Part shown: positions 60,971 through 64,000 of the stretch, one piece after another
Numbering within the stretch: position 1 is the first letter of the stretch
How the letters are laid out: every line of letters starts with the position of its first letter
NCBI GenBank assembly: GCA_963675595.2
Contig: CAXXLZ010000002.1
Coordinates: 3,104,001-3,168,000 of the forward strand
DNA from: Thermodesulfobacteriota bacterium
GTDB lineage: Bacteria > Desulfobacterota > Desulfarculia > JACQYL01
Direction: 5' to 3'
Length of the DNA: 64,000 bases
Position numbers and translations under genes: made by a program
Notes under the pieces: model-generated
Database searches by the model: none
The model's input: the letters and a program-made list of their open reading frames with translations, nothing else
Told to the model about the DNA's origin: nothing

Positions 60971-61537
60971 TCATGAAAAAATCCCGTGCATGAACTGGTG
61001 AACCGCCCGATGCGTCAACGCCTCGTCCAACACCACATACCCGTTGAGCGCCAAGGCGATATATGTGTTGATCATACCCAAAAACGTGGCCGCGTAAGCT
61101 TTGTGTCTTCCCTTCATGTTGCCGTGGTCCTTGGCCGCGCAGATGAAGAGATGTTCCAACAGCTCCTGCTGCTTTTCGTTCAAGCGGGTCACCGATTTGA
61201 GGGACTCGCTTTGCGGGGGCGCGAACCACATGGAAAGCTGCATCCGGTAATAAGTCGGATTTCGCTCCGCAAAACGAAAGTACACCGCCGCCACCCGGTG
61301 GAGGGTCAGGGGTACGTCCCCTCGGTAGTCCGCCTCGGATCGGAGCTTCGTATAGAGCTCGCCGAACCTTTCGGACAGGAGGGTTTCCAGCAAACCCACT
61401 TTGCTTCCGAAATAATGGTAGAGGGTGGGCTTGGTCAGGCCCGCCGAATCCACGATCTCCTGCACGCCCACCGCATCGTAACCGCGGGCGGAAAACAAGT
61501 CCAAAGCGCAGTTCAGAAGTCTCATTCGGTTGTTCAT
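60971..61537 (-). CDS. TetR/AcrR family transcriptional regulator
   Basis: HTH: ALDLFSARGYDAVGVQEIVDSAGLTKPTLYHYFGSK. Confidence 0.96.
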   Translation of the reverse strand: MNNRMRLLNCALDLFSARGYDAVGVQEIVDSAGLTKPTLYHYFGSKVGLLETLLSERFGELYTKLRSEADYRGDVPLTLHRVAAVYFRFAERNPTYYRMQLSMWFAPPQSESLKSVTRLNEKQQELLEHLFICAAKDHGNMKGRHKAYAATFLGMINTYIALALNGYVVLDEALTHRAVHQFMHGIFS

Positions 61538-61561
61538 AGTAACCTGCTCCTGGAGTCGGAA

Positions 61562-61586
61562 TATACCGAACGGTATAATACGTCAA
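61562..61586 (-). promoter_or_regulatory. Putative autoregulatory TetR operator overlapping the tetR promoter
   Basis: TATACCG-AA-CGGTATA (61562-61577) next to a minus-strand TTGACG -35 (61586-61581). Confidence 0.7.
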
Positions 61587-61859
61587 GAAAAAAAGAAACT
61601 GCGGGCCTCTCAAGGCTCTTGCCAAGAAACCGCGCATGGGTAAACTGGTAGTAACTGTGAATCGTTGTGACGCCGCCCCGGGGTGGGGCGGGCCAAGACA
61701 GCGCCCTGAACCGGGGACCCAAGGCCCGGAGATTTCCGCAGGCGGAACCAAGGGTTCGAGCTCGACACGTCTAAGGAAAGGAATTTTCTCGGTTTCGTCT
61801 TTTTCGGCACGGTATGGGAAGCATTTCAAAATCATGACCAATTCAGCGAGGCGCGACGC

Positions 61860-62141
61860 GTGAGAACATTCCAGGAAGGCGAATTGGTGATGTTGCTCAT
61901 CGGCATGGGAGTGCTGACGTTTCTCCTTAGATTCCGAAAAGGATTCAAAGAGACATCCGAACTGCATCTGCTGTTCCTTTCCTTCTATTCCTTTCTTCTG
62001 AGCTGGTTGTTCACCGTGCTGGAGTCATTCGTTCTTTATTCCCTGATGAACATTCTCGAGCATGTGTTTTACGTCGTCAGTGGTGTTCTCATGGCAATTT
62101 GGTGTTTCCGGATATCGAAAACCCGAGGAGCGGTTGATTGA
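61860..62141 (+). CDS. Small 3-TM membrane protein
   Basis: 93 aa, three hydrophobic stretches; TGATG coupling to the downstream kinase. Confidence 0.75.
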   Translation: MRTFQEGELVMLLIGMGVLTFLLRFRKGFKETSELHLLFLSFYSFLLSWLFTVLESFVLYSLMNILEHVFYVVSGVLMAIWCFRISKTRGAVD

Positions 62142-64000
62142 TGTCTCCGATTGCTTTCCTGGACATCCTCTTCTGTGATTCGGTGGCCGCCGCGCTGTTG
62201 ATCGTTGTGGTGCGTCGACGACGCATTCCGGGTTCGGACTCCAAGGTTCTGCTTGCCGCTCTGCTGGTTTTCTCTCTGCTTTACGGCTTCTTCCTGGTGG
62301 CCGAATGGACCGGGCTGGCTACGACCTGGGAATCCGTGGAAGACGTGGTCGGTTCTCTCGTGGCCATGACGTGGGGATTCTTTTTCTATTCCCTGGCCCA
62401 GGAGGCTTCAAATCGAAAACTGGCGGCGAGGGAGCAGGAGGTACGGGACAGCAGGAGACGTCTGGCCACCCTCATGGACAACCTGCCGGGCATGGCCTAC
62501 CGATGCCGCAACGACCCGGACTGGACCATGGAATTCGTGAGCGTGGGCTCCGTGGCGCTTACCGGATACGATCCGGAAGAGCTTGTCGAGAATCGGAGGG
62601 TTTCCTACGGAGAGCTCATCCATTCTGAGGATCGGGAGGCGGTTTGGGACGCGGTACAGCGATCCCTGGAAGCGGGCGGGCCTTTTCATTTGATCTATCG
62701 GATTACCGCGAAGGATTCCTCCGATAAATGGGTTTGGGAGCAAGGCGTGGGGGTGTTTTCGAGCGAAGGCGAACTCTCGGCTCTGGAAGGGTTCGTGACG
62801 GACATCACCCATATCAAAGAAACCGAGTTGGCACTGAACGAAGCGAGACGCAAGTTAGCGGATATACTAAACTTTCTTCCGGATCCCACCTTTTCCATCA
62901 ACAATGCCGGTGAAGTGATCATCTGGAACCAAGCCATGGAGGAGCTGACCGGAGTGCCTGCCCACCGGATGCTTGGACGAGGCGGGTGCGAATATTCCGT
63001 TCCTTTCTGGGGAGAAAGGAGACCTTCTCCGGCCGATTTCGTGCTCAAGTGGGATGAATCTTCGGCAATACGGGAATATCCGGCCTTGATCCGGGAAAAG
63101 GACACCGTCATCACGGAGGTGTTCGCACCCGCGCTTGGTGAGAATGGGAGGTATCTGTGGATCAAGGCAAAGGTGCTGTTGGATGAGAGCGGAAAACCCA
63201 CGGCGGCTATCGAAACGTTGAGGGACGTTTCCTCTCGAAAGGAATTGGAGAAGAAGCTCAAGAAAGCGGCGGACGAATACCAGATGCTTTTCAGTAACCT
63301 GCCCGTGGGGGTCATTACGGTGGATGCGGACTTGCGCATCACCCGAATCAATCGGGAAGGAGAAAAGATCACCGGCTTTCAAAGCGACGAAGTGGTGGGC
63401 AGGCCCTGCAGAGAGGTCATGGCGGGGGCCATGTGCGACAACTCCTGTCCCATCAGGAACGCGCTGGCGAAACGCAGCCCCGTGGGCTTTGTCGAAGGGG
63501 ATATCTCGCACCGAAATGGTACTCGAATCCCGGTGCGAGTCAACGCGGGGTGCCTTTTCGGCGGAGACGGCGGGCTCATGGGCGGAATCGAGGTTTTTCA
63601 AGACATCACGGAGATCAAACAACTTGAAGAAGAGAAAGCCAAGATCATTTCCATGTTCGCCCACGACATGAAATCGCCTTTGATCGGCATTCACGGCTTT
63701 GCCGCGCACCTGCTGTCCCATACGGAAACACTCCCGGCGGACAAAAAGACCCAATTTCTTGAAATCATCGGCAGAGAATCGGGGAAGCTCGAATCTTTGA
63801 TTAATGATTTTCTCGACTTCTCCCGACTTAATTTAGGAAAATTGAAGCTGAATTTCGACTTGATGGATTTGTCGAAGGAACTTCGTGAACTGATCGAGAC
63901 CTTCGAACCCCGATTCCAGGATGCGGGAATCCGGCTTCGGGCGAAAAACATCGAGGAACTACCGGAAATCGAGGGAGACGCTCCCAGATTGAGGCGTGTT
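62141..64000 (+). CDS. Membrane PAS histidine kinase (3' end off window)
   Basis: Translated by hand: MSPIAFLDIL... TM segments, PAS NLPGMAYRCRNDPDWTMEFVS, further PAS, H-box SMFAHDMKSPL, LINDFLDFSRL. Confidence 0.92.
   Translation, partial: MSPIAFLDILFCDSVAAALLIVVVRRRRIPGSDSKVLLAALLVFSLLYGFFLVAEWTGLATTWESVEDVVGSLVAMTWGFFFYSLAQEASNRKLAAREQEVRDSRRRLATLMDNLPGMAYRCRNDPDWTMEFVSVGSVALTGYDPEELVENRRVSYGELIHSEDREAVWDAVQRSLEAGGPFHLIYRITAKDSSDKWVWEQGVGVFSSEGELSALEGFVTDITHIKETELALNEARRKLADILNFLPDPTFSINNAGEVIIWNQAMEELTGVPAHRMLGRGGCEYSVPFWGERRPSPADFVLKWDESSAIREYPALIREKDTVITEVFAPALGENGRYLWIKAKVLLDESGKPTAAIETLRDVSSRKELEKKLKKAADEYQMLFSNLPVGVITVDADLRITRINREGEKITGFQSDEVVGRPCREVMAGAMCDNSCPIRNALAKRSPVGFVEGDISHRNGTRIPVRVNAGCLFGGDGGLMGGIEVFQDITEIKQLEEEKAKIISMFAHDMKSPLIGIHGFAAHLLSHTETLPADKKTQFLEIIGRESGKLESLINDFLDFSRLNLGKLKLNFDLMDLSKELRELIETFEPRFQDAGIRLRAKNIEELPEIEGDAPRLRRV

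Overview
This GC-rich bacterial window looks like an anaerobic Desulfobacterota/deltaproteobacterium, inferred from gene content and repeat style. Positions 1-42.8 kb form a very large signal-transduction island: a CheB-CheR-coiled-coil-PAS fusion (running off the left edge), an MCP, REC/TPR proteins, CheV, six CckA-type multi-PAS/GAF hybrid kinases, one BarA-type kinase with Hpt and a REC-GGDEF cyclase. Embedded in it is a closely spaced trio of a corrinoid (B12-binding) protein, a degenerate MtaA/UroD-family protein and a hybrid kinase with a Cys-rich DUF1638-like input domain. This trio is the best candidate for a poorly described corrinoid-based sensory system. Next come a sigma70 promoter, a cobalamin riboswitch and an attenuator, upstream of a TonB-dependent receptor and, unusually, a carbohydrate-type (CUT1/MalK) ABC transporter. 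That operon carries a MITE and REP/BIME-like tandem repeats. The right end holds a secreted hypothetical protein, a tandem pair of secreted proteins with a leukocidin/hemolysin-like C-terminal motif, a transglutaminase-like protein, YaiI, a TetR and GH13 pair with matching palindromic operators, and a partial PAS kinase. All calls come from reading motifs by eye; no database searches were run.
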